Below, one piece after another: positions 35,280 to 44,401 of a stretch of DNA of 45,461 bases (position 1 is its first letter; each line of letters starts with the position of its first letter). The stretch spans positions 1 to 45,461 of IMG/VR virus record IMGVR_UViG_3300002307_000084. One strand, written 5' to 3'. The DNA is from a virus (lineage: Duplodnaviria > Caudoviricetes). The position numbers and the translations under genes are program-made. The notes beneath the pieces were generated by a model that was given only the letters and a program-made list of their open reading frames with translations, ran no database searches and had not been told where the DNA came from.

Positions 35280-36659
35280 TCAGTACGCGCTGATTCTGTA
35301 CCCGGCATCCTGAACGATTACCATCTGCTGGTCAGCCGGCTGAATCACCAGATCCCACAGCGCCCACACCAGCCAGTCCATGCGATCCGGCGACTTCTTC
35401 GACGTGTCAGAGATGTAGTTGCACATCTGGTCTTCGAGTTCGGTGAACCTGCGTGGGTCGCCTACGTGATGCACCCGCCCCTGCTCATAGAGTGCCGCAG
35501 CGGGTTCTGCGCGCACCAACTTGCCGCGGCTGGCTGTCACTTTGCGATACGGGCAGTTTGGCGCTATAGCGCGCAACGTGCTCTCGACCATGTCCCCGCC
35601 GTTGTTGACCTCGGCCACGATCCTGTCAGCGCTCCAGCGCGCTCCCAGCGCGATAGCCTGCCGCGCCCATTGCATCGGGCTTCCCTTCATGCTGGCGTCC
35701 TCGAAAACGTAGCAGTGACCGTTCGCACCCAGGCCTACCGCTCCAATGCCGGTTTCGTCGGAGGTATCCGAAGCCGTCACCGCAGGATCAATGGCGACCA
35801 CCACGCGAACCAGCGGCGTTGGAACGTACTGCATGTCTACCCGCAGAGCGTCGATCACGCCGCGACTCCACAGCGCGCCGGGCAAATCATCAAGGATTTC
35901 GGCCAGCAACTCCTGCCGCCCCAGCCGGGTGCCTTCGTACTTTTTAACGATCTCCTGAAAAAACGCTGGTGCAAGGTTGGCCCGGTTCTCGTAGCTGCTG
36001 CCGCGAGTCACGACGCAGGCCGGGTTCTTAATCAGATCGCGGATCAGGTCCACCGGCTTCGGAGTTCCGGTGATAACCCCCTGCGGCGTTCCGTGCCGAA
36101 ACCCGAACATCAGGTTGTCCCATGTTTCGTCTCTGCGCTTGCACGCAGCCGGCTCATCGAACCAGAACTTTTCGCATTGCGGGCCGCGCAGTCGCTCTGG
36201 TTCATCCGCGCTGAAGGTAATTGCCGTGTTGCCGTTCGCCCACGTCAGCATGCGCCTGGATGGCTCATAGACAGGCCGCTGTGGATCGTCCTCCCGGTAG
36301 CATGACATGATGCCGGCCGGGCCTTCGACCATGACCGTGCGCGCGTCGGCCGCTGTGGGTCCAATCAGATGGATCGGCGCCGCCAGTTTTTTGCCGGCCC
36401 AGTGCTTCACGGTTTCCGCGCCGGTCTTGGTCTTGCCGAATCCACGACCGGCCAGAAGCAACCAAAACGTCCAGTCCGTGCGCGGAGACTCCGCGTTCGG
36501 CATGCCCGGTATGATCTGGTTTGGGCGCGCGATTGCAAACCACGCCCGCGCCAGAAACTCGATATCGGCGTCAGTGAGTCGGGCCAGGCTCCGCTGCCAG
36601 TCGCTGTCTGATGCCAGCGATTCGAGCAGCGACAAGTTCCCGATCTGAGAGATTGACAT
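35280..36659 (-). CDS. terL: Terminase large subunit
   Basis: AGRGFGKT Walker A, LRGPQ..WFDE Walker B, VVAIDPA, SPDRMD nuclease motifs. Confidence 0.95.
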   Translation of the reverse strand: MSISQIGNLSLLESLASDSDWQRSLARLTDADIEFLARAWFAIARPNQIIPGMPNAESPRTDWTFWLLLAGRGFGKTKTGAETVKHWAGKKLAAPIHLIGPTAADARTVMVEGPAGIMSCYREDDPQRPVYEPSRRMLTWANGNTAITFSADEPERLRGPQCEKFWFDEPAACKRRDETWDNLMFGFRHGTPQGVITGTPKPVDLIRDLIKNPACVVTRGSSYENRANLAPAFFQEIVKKYEGTRLGRQELLAEILDDLPGALWSRGVIDALRVDMQYVPTPLVRVVVAIDPAVTASDTSDETGIGAVGLGANGHCYVFEDASMKGSPMQWARQAIALGARWSADRIVAEVNNGGDMVESTLRAIAPNCPYRKVTASRGKLVRAEPAAALYEQGRVHHVGDPRRFTELEDQMCNYISDTSKKSPDRMDWLVWALWDLVIQPADQQMVIVQDAGYRISAY

Positions 36660-37014
36660 TGATCGTTTCCCCGGCCGGCGTTACCAGCTCGTTGCGCTGT
36701 GTCTCCCGATAGCCGTACTTGGTCTTGAGCAGGAAACAGATAGCCCAGGCCTCGCCGTTGTTCACCGCCTGCGCCAGCTTGCCCACTGCCAGCCCGTGGA
36801 CCCAGTCCTTGCCGCGCTCCAGTTCCAGGCGAAAGTGCTTCCGCATGGTCTTCTCGTCGATGCCATCGGTGCCGATGCAACGCGCGATCCGGTCCATCGG
36901 GATGCCGGCGGCCACCATCGCCATTACGGTGTTGCGGTCTGCCGGCGTCGGCGCAAACGGTGGCTTTCCCGCACCGGGCCGGGCGCCGCCCCTTTTAGTG
37001 CCGGGAGATTTCAT
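36571..37014 (-). CDS. terS: Terminase small subunit
   Basis: RGGARPGAG, HTH-like segment, AICFLLKTKYGYRE; directly upstream of TerL. Confidence 0.8.
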   Translation of the reverse strand: MKSPGTKRGGARPGAGKPPFAPTPADRNTVMAMVAAGIPMDRIARCIGTDGIDEKTMRKHFRLELERGKDWVHGLAVGKLAQAVNNGEAWAICFLLKTKYGYRETQRNELVTPAGETINVNLSDRELVAARIAGIRQRLAAEPGPTH

Positions 37015-37118
37015 ATTGTGGCCTCAAGATCGGCCCGCAGTTTGCGCCAGAACGTGCGCGGGACACAGATGCGTGTGTCCTGGTCGGTTGGTTGGTATGA
37101 AGGTCTGGCCATTTCGTT

Positions 37119-37787
37119 TTATGTACGGGAAAAACTCGCCTCTCTGATTACCCGGTACGCCTCTCGCCCGTCTCCGATCATCGGCAGATCTGGCCTTCGA
37201 AGAGGTGGCGAGGATAGCGCCGGTTCCCACGTTGCCGCGTATTCATCCTGCGGCACCATGACCACCCGGCCCGCCCGAATGTCTGCGATAACGCCGGCCA
37301 TCAAGCCGACTCCCATTGGGAACAGATCCCGTCTCCACAGTTCCGAAGCCGTGTCGCCCGGTCGCACAAAGCACCAGCCCTGCGCCGCGATATCGCCCGC
37401 GTCCACATTCTCGGACAACCAGTAAACGGAGCCCCCGGCTACGGCGTCACCCATTTTTATCGTCCATGCTACGGCGTCCCGCCCCCGGTGACGCGGCAGG
37501 AGGCTTGGGTGATACCCGATAGCCCCGTATTTCGCCATCGCGCGTGTTTTGCGCCCGACGAAGTCGTGGGAGTGCGCCGCGACAATCAGGTCGACGCCTT
37601 GCGGCATAGTTTCCGCCGTCAGCGTGCCCGATGGCATCCATGCCACACCGGCCAACGACGCCGCTACGGTCAGCCTGTCGCGTTCGGAACTAGGCGAGGA
37701 CACCCCGGCCATTTCCAGGCCCATGCTCATGCAGACGCGGAACACGGCCTCGCCGAATGATTTCTGGCCCGCAATGAATACCCTCAT
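37119..37787 (-). CDS. Formyltransferase (FMT core domain)
   Basis: YHPSLLPRHRG, VDAGDI; ATGA-coupled start MRVFIAG. Confidence 0.88.
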   Translation of the reverse strand: MRVFIAGQKSFGEAVFRVCMSMGLEMAGVSSPSSERDRLTVAASLAGVAWMPSGTLTAETMPQGVDLIVAAHSHDFVGRKTRAMAKYGAIGYHPSLLPRHRGRDAVAWTIKMGDAVAGGSVYWLSENVDAGDIAAQGWCFVRPGDTASELWRRDLFPMGVGLMAGVIADIRAGRVVMVPQDEYAATWEPALSSPPLRRPDLPMIGDGREAYRVIREASFSRT

Positions 37788-38884
37788 CCGATGTACCTGA
37801 ACCCTTGCACGGCGCGGAAGTGGCCACCGTATCCAGTGCCAGCCGCTACAGGCGTCCGCATTGACGCCGCGCTGCGCTTTTTGTTTGTTCCGTGCAGCAT
37901 CTGGGATACCTGCCGCCATTTCCGGTCACGCCGCAGGCCGTCACACAGGCCAGGGTGTGACGTGTGGAACAGCGTCGGCATCGGCCTGTGGAAGCGGTTG
38001 TTCCCGGTGAGCCACTCTGCGCAGATTGCGTTCAGGAACCGCATACCAATTCCGGCTCCCTGCCATTCCGGCATGACTACCATGCGGCTGGCGCGGCATT
38101 CCTTCAGGCCCGGGCCAGGCGATATCGCCAGATGCGCCACCATCTCCCCCTCAACCGATCCAACGTAACACTGGGCGGCGATCATCTTGTTTAGTTTCAG
38201 ATAGTAATGCGGCTCAAAACGTGGCCAGAAGCGCCAGTCCTCGCAGGTAATTTCAAGATCGAATCGTGGCCGTCGCCAAAGGCCCCTCCCCGAGTACACC
38301 CCGGTCGCAGTGTCAAACACCCAATCCGGCTCTACCCAGTCTAAAATATCGTAGTGGCAGGACAGTAGCACGCATTTCCCGCCTGTGCGCCGCCAAGACT
38401 TTTGGAACGCCAGCGCCCCGAATTTTGCAATCTGCCGGTCAACGACCGACGTGAACTCGTCGACCACGATTTCTGCCGGTGCCTCGCAGATAATCCTTGC
38501 CAGATCCGCCCGGAACCGCTCACCGTTGCTGAGGACGTGATACGGCCGCAGCCATGCGGGCACGCTGCCGAGCCCGACCGCCGCCAGTGCCCCGGTGACG
38601 GCGTTGAAGTCCCCGCCCGGCGTGAGAGCGTCAATAATCGGCTGATCCGCCGGCCAGCCTTGAGCCCCGTAAACCGCTTCGGCACCAAAAATCTTCGCGC
38701 CGATGGACGTCTTGCCCGAGCCAGACGGCCCGACCACAAGCCCAATTTTCCAATCGGCGTCGTCTATCGGCAGATCCGCGGACAGGTCGAAGTTGCACCC
38801 GGACTCTGCGTTAAACAAAGATTTGACCCGCGCCGCCCGGTAGCTGTTGTAATCGGCGCAGGAGTTGTGTACCTCAATCTTCAC
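37784..38884 (-). CDS. Soluble ABC-type ATPase fused to a GNAT-like acetyltransferase
   Basis: GPSGSGKT, LSNGE, IVVDEF, SCH; C-terminal SRMVVMPEWQGAGIG (GNAT motif A). Confidence 0.85.
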   Translation of the reverse strand: MKIEVHNSCADYNSYRAARVKSLFNAESGCNFDLSADLPIDDADWKIGLVVGPSGSGKTSIGAKIFGAEAVYGAQGWPADQPIIDALTPGGDFNAVTGALAAVGLGSVPAWLRPYHVLSNGERFRADLARIICEAPAEIVVDEFTSVVDRQIAKFGALAFQKSWRRTGGKCVLLSCHYDILDWVEPDWVFDTATGVYSGRGLWRRPRFDLEITCEDWRFWPRFEPHYYLKLNKMIAAQCYVGSVEGEMVAHLAISPGPGLKECRASRMVVMPEWQGAGIGMRFLNAICAEWLTGNNRFHRPMPTLFHTSHPGLCDGLRRDRKWRQVSQMLHGTNKKRSAASMRTPVAAGTGYGGHFRAVQGFRYIG

Positions 38885-39495
38885 GTGACCACCACCCGGC
38901 AGGTAAGCCCCTCGCCTACCAACCTTTCGTATATTTCGCGCTGCTGCCGTTCTCCCTCGCATATCACGATGACGCCGAACTGTTCGATGTAGGACCCTTC
39001 GCCGCGATTGCCCGCCGCGCCCGCCGCCGCCATGCCCGAGAAATCGCCCCATTCAATCGCATCGAACCCCGTCAGCGTCAGATCGAGGTCCGCTGCCTTC
39101 AGTTCTCCGAACTCCAGCGCCAGCGCGTCCATATCCCACTCCGCCCACGCCACCGACCGGTTTACCATCAGCCGGAACGCCTTCACCTGGGCTTCGGTCC
39201 ACGCGTCGCAGACGATCACCGGGACGCTGGCCAGCTTCGCCGCGTGCGCCGCCTTCAGCCGAAGGTGGCCGTCGATCACTTCTCCGCTGCTGCGCGCCAG
39301 TACCGGGATGACGAAGCCGTATTCGCGGATGCTGGCGACCATCCGCGGTACCGCTTTGTCGTTCTTGCGCGGATTGCGCTCGTATGGTTTCAGCCGCTCG
39401 ACGGCCCACTGTTCGATCTTCAGTTCGGGCGGTTCCGCCGGTTTCTTCTTCCGGCCAGACCCAGGAGGCTTCGGTGTGCCCTTCGCAAATGGCAT
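38881..39495 (-). CDS. ParB N-terminal domain protein
   Basis: LKPYERNPR, SIREYGF..PV, VIDGHLRLKAA, VPV. Confidence 0.88.
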   Translation of the reverse strand: MPFAKGTPKPPGSGRKKKPAEPPELKIEQWAVERLKPYERNPRKNDKAVPRMVASIREYGFVIPVLARSSGEVIDGHLRLKAAHAAKLASVPVIVCDAWTEAQVKAFRLMVNRSVAWAEWDMDALALEFGELKAADLDLTLTGFDAIEWGDFSGMAAAGAAGNRGEGSYIEQFGVIVICEGERQQREIYERLVGEGLTCRVVVT

Positions 39496-39509
39496 GCAAA
39501 TCGATGCTA

Positions 39510-39839
39510 TCACGCCAGAAGGTGATACGTCACCAAACCAGAGGCATAGTCCCGGCTGAGTACTTCGATGTGGTGCCCGGCCTTGCGAAGATCGCTGATG
39601 CGCCCGGTGTACTTCAGCGCCATGGCAGAAAGTTGGACGTTGGTAGCCGGGCCTTCTCGCAGCCGCGCCAGAATCTTCTGGCACTGAGCTGACAACCGCG
39701 AGGCCTCGGCCGCCATTTTATCCAGCCGGGCCGCTTCCGATTTTTCTGGTGCTTTAGATGCGGTGGCGCCGGCCGCAGCCTGCGCATGCTCGTCGGCCTG
39801 GCACCATAGGCAATAATCGCCGCACTGGCAACCGTTCAT
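39510..39839 (-). CDS. HTH DNA-binding protein
   Basis: ILARLREGP..YTGRISDLRKAGHHIE winged-HTH pattern. Confidence 0.65.
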   Translation of the reverse strand: MNGCQCGDYCLWCQADEHAQAAAGATASKAPEKSEAARLDKMAAEASRLSAQCQKILARLREGPATNVQLSAMALKYTGRISDLRKAGHHIEVLSRDYASGLVTYHLLA

Positions 39840-40120
39840 CCCGCCTCCTTGGCCCCGCGGCAGACCGCCATCGCCGTCGTATGGTGGACGTTGCAGTAGT
39901 GACCGATGCGCGGGTAGCTCCATCCAAGACCGCGCAGCCCCTGGAACAGCATGTGCCGTGCGTGCTTCTGCGGTGCGCCTCGTGGCTTCATGATCTGCTC
40001 GTCGGACAGGCCGGTCTGGCGCCGCAGCTCAGCGAGGATCGATGCGGCGGTCTTGGTGGCGAGAAATCGCCGCCGTCGCAGGATGCGGATTACCGGGTCG
40101 CAGTCGTTTGCGCAGCGCAT
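39836..40120 (-). CDS. DnaA C-terminal-like HTH protein
   Basis: ARHM...SYPRIG..NVHHTT resembles DnaA domain IV. Confidence 0.65.
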   Translation of the reverse strand: MRCANDCDPVIRILRRRRFLATKTAASILAELRRQTGLSDEQIMKPRGAPQKHARHMLFQGLRGLGWSYPRIGHYCNVHHTTAMAVCRGAKEAG

Positions 40121-40428
40121 TACCGGCCCCCTTCCTGATATTCTTCTCCGCGTTCTGCGGATAGCCTGGCCGCAATTCTCCGGGCCTTTCGCAGCGACTT
40201 AGTGATGAGTTCCAGTGGACCCCCTTCCCAGTGATATACTCCATACATTCCCTCCAGCTTGCCGCCGAGTGTCCATACGATAGTCTCGGCACCCTCACCG
40301 CCGAGAGTCTCATAGATTTCGGCGTCTTTTTTCCACAGCAAGATTCCTTCATCCACCTCGTCATGGATCTGATAAGCCTTCCGGATCGTCAGCCCACGGC
40401 CATCTTGAGTTGTTCTGGTCAGTTTCAT
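40120..40428 (-). CDS. Hypothetical protein
   Basis: GGAGG SD and predicted promoter upstream. Confidence 0.65.
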   Translation of the reverse strand: MKLTRTTQDGRGLTIRKAYQIHDEVDEGILLWKKDAEIYETLGGEGAETIVWTLGGKLEGMYGVYHWEGGPLELITKSLRKARRIAARLSAERGEEYQEGGR

Positions 40429-40455
40429 TTCGTTTGTCCCTCCCAGGACACTATC

Positions 40456-40483
40456 AGAATAGCACATCCGCGCACGTGCGCAA
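40456..40483 (-). promoter_or_regulatory. Promoter TTGCGC-N16-TATTCT with operator GCGCACGTGCGC (40470-40481)
   Basis: Same geometry as the 2890 and 42539 promoters. Confidence 0.7.
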
Positions 40484-40507
40484 CAGTTATTTCGCACATG
40501 ACGCGAA

Positions 40508-42532
40508 TTATTTTTCACATGGGCGAATATGGGGCGAAACTATAGCTTTGGCTCCTTCCGCTATCGAATCCGGCAACTGTCGCCGGTACTTGTTCACCAG
40601 TTTGGCCCCCAGCGCCGCCTGGCGGGCCGTCAGGAACGCCCGCTGCGCCAAGGAATGGCCGATGGCTACATCCAGCTTCGAGAACCCGGCCCCGTTGATC
40701 TCCCGCGCCCGGTCTCCGTCCATTGCTGCCAGCATCTTCAGCCCTTCGTGTACCGCCGCAATCCGCGCCGCCGTCATGGACTCAGCAGCCTTCTCGATTG
40801 CAGACCGCGTTGTGCTTTCTGTTGCGCCGCGTTCCCCTTGCGCAACCGGTATCACTGGCTCTTTGGCTGGTTCGATCTTGTCCAGCGCCCGGTCGATAAC
40901 GTCCTGCTTGTCTACCATGTCATGCGCCATGCGCGCGCTCAGTGAGCCTTCCAGCACGAAGTGCTCAACCGTAACCATATCCTTCTGCCCGATGCGGTGC
41001 GCCCGGTCCTCGGCCTGTGTCACGTTGCCTGGCACCCAATCCAGCTCCGCAAACACCACGTGGCTGCTGGCCGTCAGCGTAAGCCCGACGCCTGCCGCGA
41101 GTATTCCGCCGACGAATACCATGCATTCCGGGTCGCCTTGGAACCGTTCCACGCTTCGCTGCCGGTCCTCGATTGCCATGCCGCCGTACACCATCACCGC
41201 GCCCGCAAATGCCGCATGCAGCGCCTCGATCACATCCCGGTGGTGCGCGAATACGATCACCTTCCGCCCCTGCTCCACAATGTCGCGCACGTGGTCGATC
41301 ACGTAAGGTACTGTCGCTACAGCCGTCTCGTGGCGCAGCCTGCTCATCTCTGCGAATGCGGCCGTGGCCGCTTCCTTCAGCCGGTCCACCGCCGCCGAGT
41401 AGTCTTCTGGCCGGTCACTGGCCTTTGCCAATTCCACCGCCGCCCGGACCGCCAGCATCCGGTCCTCGTTCGCTTCCCACGCCGCGATTTCGGCCTTGAC
41501 CGCGCCCGTCGATCCGTTGTCCGCGATCTCAATCACCGCGCGCCGCTTCGCCGGCAGTTCCGTCAGCACGTCCGCCTTCAGGCGCCGAATCATGATCGTG
41601 GCCCGGAGTTCGTCTTGCAGTTGCTGGAGGTTGCTCGATCCACTGAAGTCCCAGCCAAACCGGCCCGCGCTGGCCCCACAGTACCGCTTCGCATACGGGA
41701 AAAATGAAAAATTCTTGTTCTCTGGCGCGAGGAAGTGAAACAGCGGCTGGCCCTCGATTGGCCTGTTCGGGATCGGGGTTCCGGTCAACATGATGCGCCG
41801 CCGCGCCCGCAGGCCTGGTATCGCGTCCTTTCCCTTTTTCGCGTCAGCCCCGATGATGGCCTTGGTGCGCTTCGCGTCGGAATTCTTCAGGTAATGGGCT
41901 TCGTCGCAGATCAGCATGTCCCAGCGGCCTCCCATAAGCGCCGCCCTGTGTTTATCCGCGATGTCGTAATTGGCGATGACAATGAGCCGTCCGTGTTCGC
42001 CGGCCCAGTCCACCGGGCAATCCTGGCCGGATGCAACGATGATGTCAAAAGCGCGGGTCAGCCAGCGCCGAAGTTCGTTGCGCCAGTTCAGCTTGAGTGA
42101 GGCCGGGCAGATGATGAGCACGCGGGAAACCGAGGCGTCGGCGTTGATCGTTCCGATAGCCTGAATGGTCTTGCCCAGGCCCATCTCGTCGCCGAATAGC
42201 ACCGAATCATGGCGCAGCGCGAACGCGATCCCGGCGCGCTGGTACGGCAGATACGCCAGGCCTTCCGGGCACGGCAGATCGATGTCGGCTTCCGCCGCCC
42301 GGCTGGCCTCTATCGACTCCGCGCGCAGCGTCTGTTTCGCCGCTGCTTCCGCCATCAGCTTCGCCGCCGACGCTGGGTCTGAGAGCCTGGCCGCGATCTC
42401 CGGTTTGTTCGTCCACCAGCACTTAGCCGCTGGGTCCCAGCGGAACCCGGCCTCACGAGGCACCGCCCGGTCCTCGTAGGAGCACCGGGCAATAAACCGC
42501 GCGCCAACTTGTGATACTGATACCTCAGCCAT
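40508..42532 (-). CDS. SNF2-family helicase/ATPase
   Basis: GDEMGLGKT, ICPASLK.NW, DEAH, LTGTP, GVGLTLT, QAEDRAHRIGQ. Confidence 0.93.
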   Translation of the reverse strand: MAEVSVSQVGARFIARCSYEDRAVPREAGFRWDPAAKCWWTNKPEIAARLSDPASAAKLMAEAAAKQTLRAESIEASRAAEADIDLPCPEGLAYLPYQRAGIAFALRHDSVLFGDEMGLGKTIQAIGTINADASVSRVLIICPASLKLNWRNELRRWLTRAFDIIVASGQDCPVDWAGEHGRLIVIANYDIADKHRAALMGGRWDMLICDEAHYLKNSDAKRTKAIIGADAKKGKDAIPGLRARRRIMLTGTPIPNRPIEGQPLFHFLAPENKNFSFFPYAKRYCGASAGRFGWDFSGSSNLQQLQDELRATIMIRRLKADVLTELPAKRRAVIEIADNGSTGAVKAEIAAWEANEDRMLAVRAAVELAKASDRPEDYSAAVDRLKEAATAAFAEMSRLRHETAVATVPYVIDHVRDIVEQGRKVIVFAHHRDVIEALHAAFAGAVMVYGGMAIEDRQRSVERFQGDPECMVFVGGILAAGVGLTLTASSHVVFAELDWVPGNVTQAEDRAHRIGQKDMVTVEHFVLEGSLSARMAHDMVDKQDVIDRALDKIEPAKEPVIPVAQGERGATESTTRSAIEKAAESMTAARIAAVHEGLKMLAAMDGDRAREINGAGFSKLDVAIGHSLAQRAFLTARQAALGAKLVNKYRRQLPDSIAEGAKAIVSPHIRPCEK

Positions 42533-42538
42533 CCGTTA

Positions 42539-42590
42539 TGCCGCCTCCCAGCGACAGGACCAATTTAGCACATTTGGCGCACGTGCGCAA
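42539..42590 (-). promoter_or_regulatory. Promoter TTGCGC-N17-TAAATT with operator (42577-42588) and SD; copy 2 of the 52-bp repeat
   Basis: 49/52 identical to 2890-2941. Confidence 0.8.
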
Positions 42591-43034
42591 CTACCCTCCC
42601 AGTTCCTTCAGCCGCGCCCGATCCCACTCCTCAAAATGCACATCCGGGTACAGCGCGCGGAACATCTTCGCTTTGAGTCTGTACGCCGGGGTTCGCATGC
42701 CCTTGAAATCCACCACGACAGTTTCCGAGCCTTCGCCGCATCCCCGCTGGAACCTGAAATCCGGCACGTACTTGATGGCCCGCTGGGTTTTCCCGTCGAT
42801 CCGCATGGCGGGCTGGAGCACATACACCGGCTGCAACTCCAGATTGCGAACAGCGCCGCACGCCTCCCACGACTTCAGCAATCGGTATGCGCGGGCCTCG
42901 CCGGTGCTGTCGAACGTGTAGCCATCGATCACCTTCTTCCGCGCGTTGTACTTCGAGGCGTCTGGAGCCGCGATCCCGGCCGGCGCGGGCCGACCGAGAT
43001 TCCTGTATAGCGTCTCTGAATCCTTCGTGGTCAC
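42591..43034 (-). CDS. DUF1064 family PD-(D/E)xK nuclease-like protein
   Basis: SKYNARK..IDGYTFDS..EA..Y, LELQP, YVPDF, VDFKG..T..YRLK.K. Confidence 0.88.
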   Translation of the reverse strand: MTTKDSETLYRNLGRPAPAGIAAPDASKYNARKKVIDGYTFDSTGEARAYRLLKSWEACGAVRNLELQPVYVLQPAMRIDGKTQRAIKYVPDFRFQRGCGEGSETVVVDFKGMRTPAYRLKAKMFRALYPDVHFEEWDRARLKELGG

Positions 43035-43636
43035 TGCACGTCTTTCCGCGGGCGGCCGCGCTTCCGCCTTGCCTCTTCAACCGCTTCCGCAATCGTGCCG
43101 TCTTCGATACCTTCGACCGCTTCCCGCTGTTCCGGTGTGGCCAGTGGCATCTGCTTATCGTCCGCGCCCATCTCGACCCGCGTTCCCGGCAGTTCGTCCT
43201 GGACCGCCTGCGGCGTGTACGTTACCGTCATCTCTGACCGCGCCGCTGACAGCATGTACGCTTCCAACTTCGCCGCGCCCATCGGGTCAGCGAACGTGAC
43301 GGTGCAGGAAACCTCTACGATCACGGTTCCGGCCTTCACCGAGTCTTTGCCCTTCTTCGATTCTTTGTGGACCACGGAGAAATCACCGCACCCGGTGGCG
43401 TCCAGCGTCATCGCATGCGCCTGCAGCTCTTCGTTGTTTGGCACCAGTTCGATGATGGTGGCCGTCAGGTCGGAATCGTCCGGGCTCCAACCCTTCGTGC
43501 CTTCCGGCAATTCCGGCCATCCCAACTGCCGTGTAATGGACTTAGTGAGCGGAAACGTTAGCTTTGCCGTACCGCCTTTTCTGGTGCGCTTTAATTCGCG
43601 CAGATACGCATTCTTCGCTACAAGCCGTTTAGACAT
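43031..43636 (-). CDS. Hypothetical protein
   Basis: AAGGAG SD; GTGA overlap with downstream gene. Confidence 0.7.
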   Translation of the reverse strand: MSKRLVAKNAYLRELKRTRKGGTAKLTFPLTKSITRQLGWPELPEGTKGWSPDDSDLTATIIELVPNNEELQAHAMTLDATGCGDFSVVHKESKKGKDSVKAGTVIVEVSCTVTFADPMGAAKLEAYMLSAARSEMTVTYTPQAVQDELPGTRVEMGADDKQMPLATPEQREAVEGIEDGTIAEAVEEARRKRGRPRKDVQ

Positions 43637-43991
43637 GAGTCTCCTTTGTGGCGGGTTGGTCCAGAGCCATCAGCGCCCGCCGACACTGATTCTCGTCGCT
43701 GTGATTGATAAGTCGAAGGTGCCGAATCCGGTCCCTCATCGTCATCTTCTGGCCCGATGTCGCTTGCTTCAGTCGCTTTCGTAGTGCACGCAACCCCGCG
43801 TTCGCCAACGTCCCTGCCGGTTCCGCATCCAGCGATCCGGTCACCACGCCGACCGTGGCGCCGCAGCGGTTCTGGCAAACCCATAAGTTAAACTGGCCTT
43901 CGTACTTCTCGCCGTACACTTCGCCCGCGTCCATCAACATAGACGGCGGGTTGCCTTCGCAGTACGGACACACCGGCCCCGGCTTAGGCAT
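43629..43991 (-). CDS. Zinc-finger protein (DUF3268-like)
   Basis: CPYC...VYG...WVC..CGATVG...GTLAN..LR..R. Confidence 0.75.
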   Translation of the reverse strand: MPKPGPVCPYCEGNPPSMLMDAGEVYGEKYEGQFNLWVCQNRCGATVGVVTGSLDAEPAGTLANAGLRALRKRLKQATSGQKMTMRDRIRHLRLINHSDENQCRRALMALDQPATKETHV

Positions 43992-44244
43992 GGTCCTCCT
44001 TCGCCGCCTCCCGCATCGCCAGCCAGTCGGAGGCCAGCGGTTCAATAATATGAGCCATTGCCCTGCCCGGCGGGGACTCATATCGGTCAGCGATTTCGGA
44101 TAGCGTCTGAGCAATCACTCCCCAGTGAATGATGTCCGTACCCCATTGGAACTGCTTTGCCATATCGGAATAGAAACGTAGGTTCGCTATATCGATCGCC
44201 TTGATCTTCTGTACCTGCTCAGTGGTCAGCTTCACCTCACCCAT
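43984..44244 (-). CDS. Hypothetical protein
   Basis: GGAGG SD; overlaps with neighbours. Confidence 0.6.
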   Translation of the reverse strand: MGEVKLTTEQVQKIKAIDIANLRFYSDMAKQFQWGTDIIHWGVIAQTLSEIADRYESPPGRAMAHIIEPLASDWLAMREAAKEDHA

Positions 44245-44401
44245 TGATCCACCCTCCGATCAGCATGGCCGCGGCGCAGATACAGCCGATGGCCAGCACG
44301 ATCATAGAGCCCAGCCGGTGCCGGTCGGGAATAGCCTCCGCGCCGGCGTCGTACCGCTCAATGGCCGCGTGCGCATTCCATCCGCTACTTGATTTCGACA
44401 T
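44237..44401 (-). CDS. Small single-TM hypothetical protein
   Basis: MSKSSSG... with a C-terminal hydrophobic stretch. Confidence 0.5.
   Translation of the reverse strand: MSKSSSGWNAHAAIERYDAGAEAIPDRHRLGSMIVLAIGCICAAAMLIGGWING

Noticed and set aside
37784-38884. ABC transporter
   Set aside because: No permease or binding protein; fused to a GNAT-like domain in a ParB/terminase context
39-38884. Complete Dnd phosphorothioation system from DGQHR, PAPS reductase and ABC ATPase genes
   Set aside because: Genes are dispersed, the ATPase lacks the long coiled coil of DndD, and no DndA/DndE was seen
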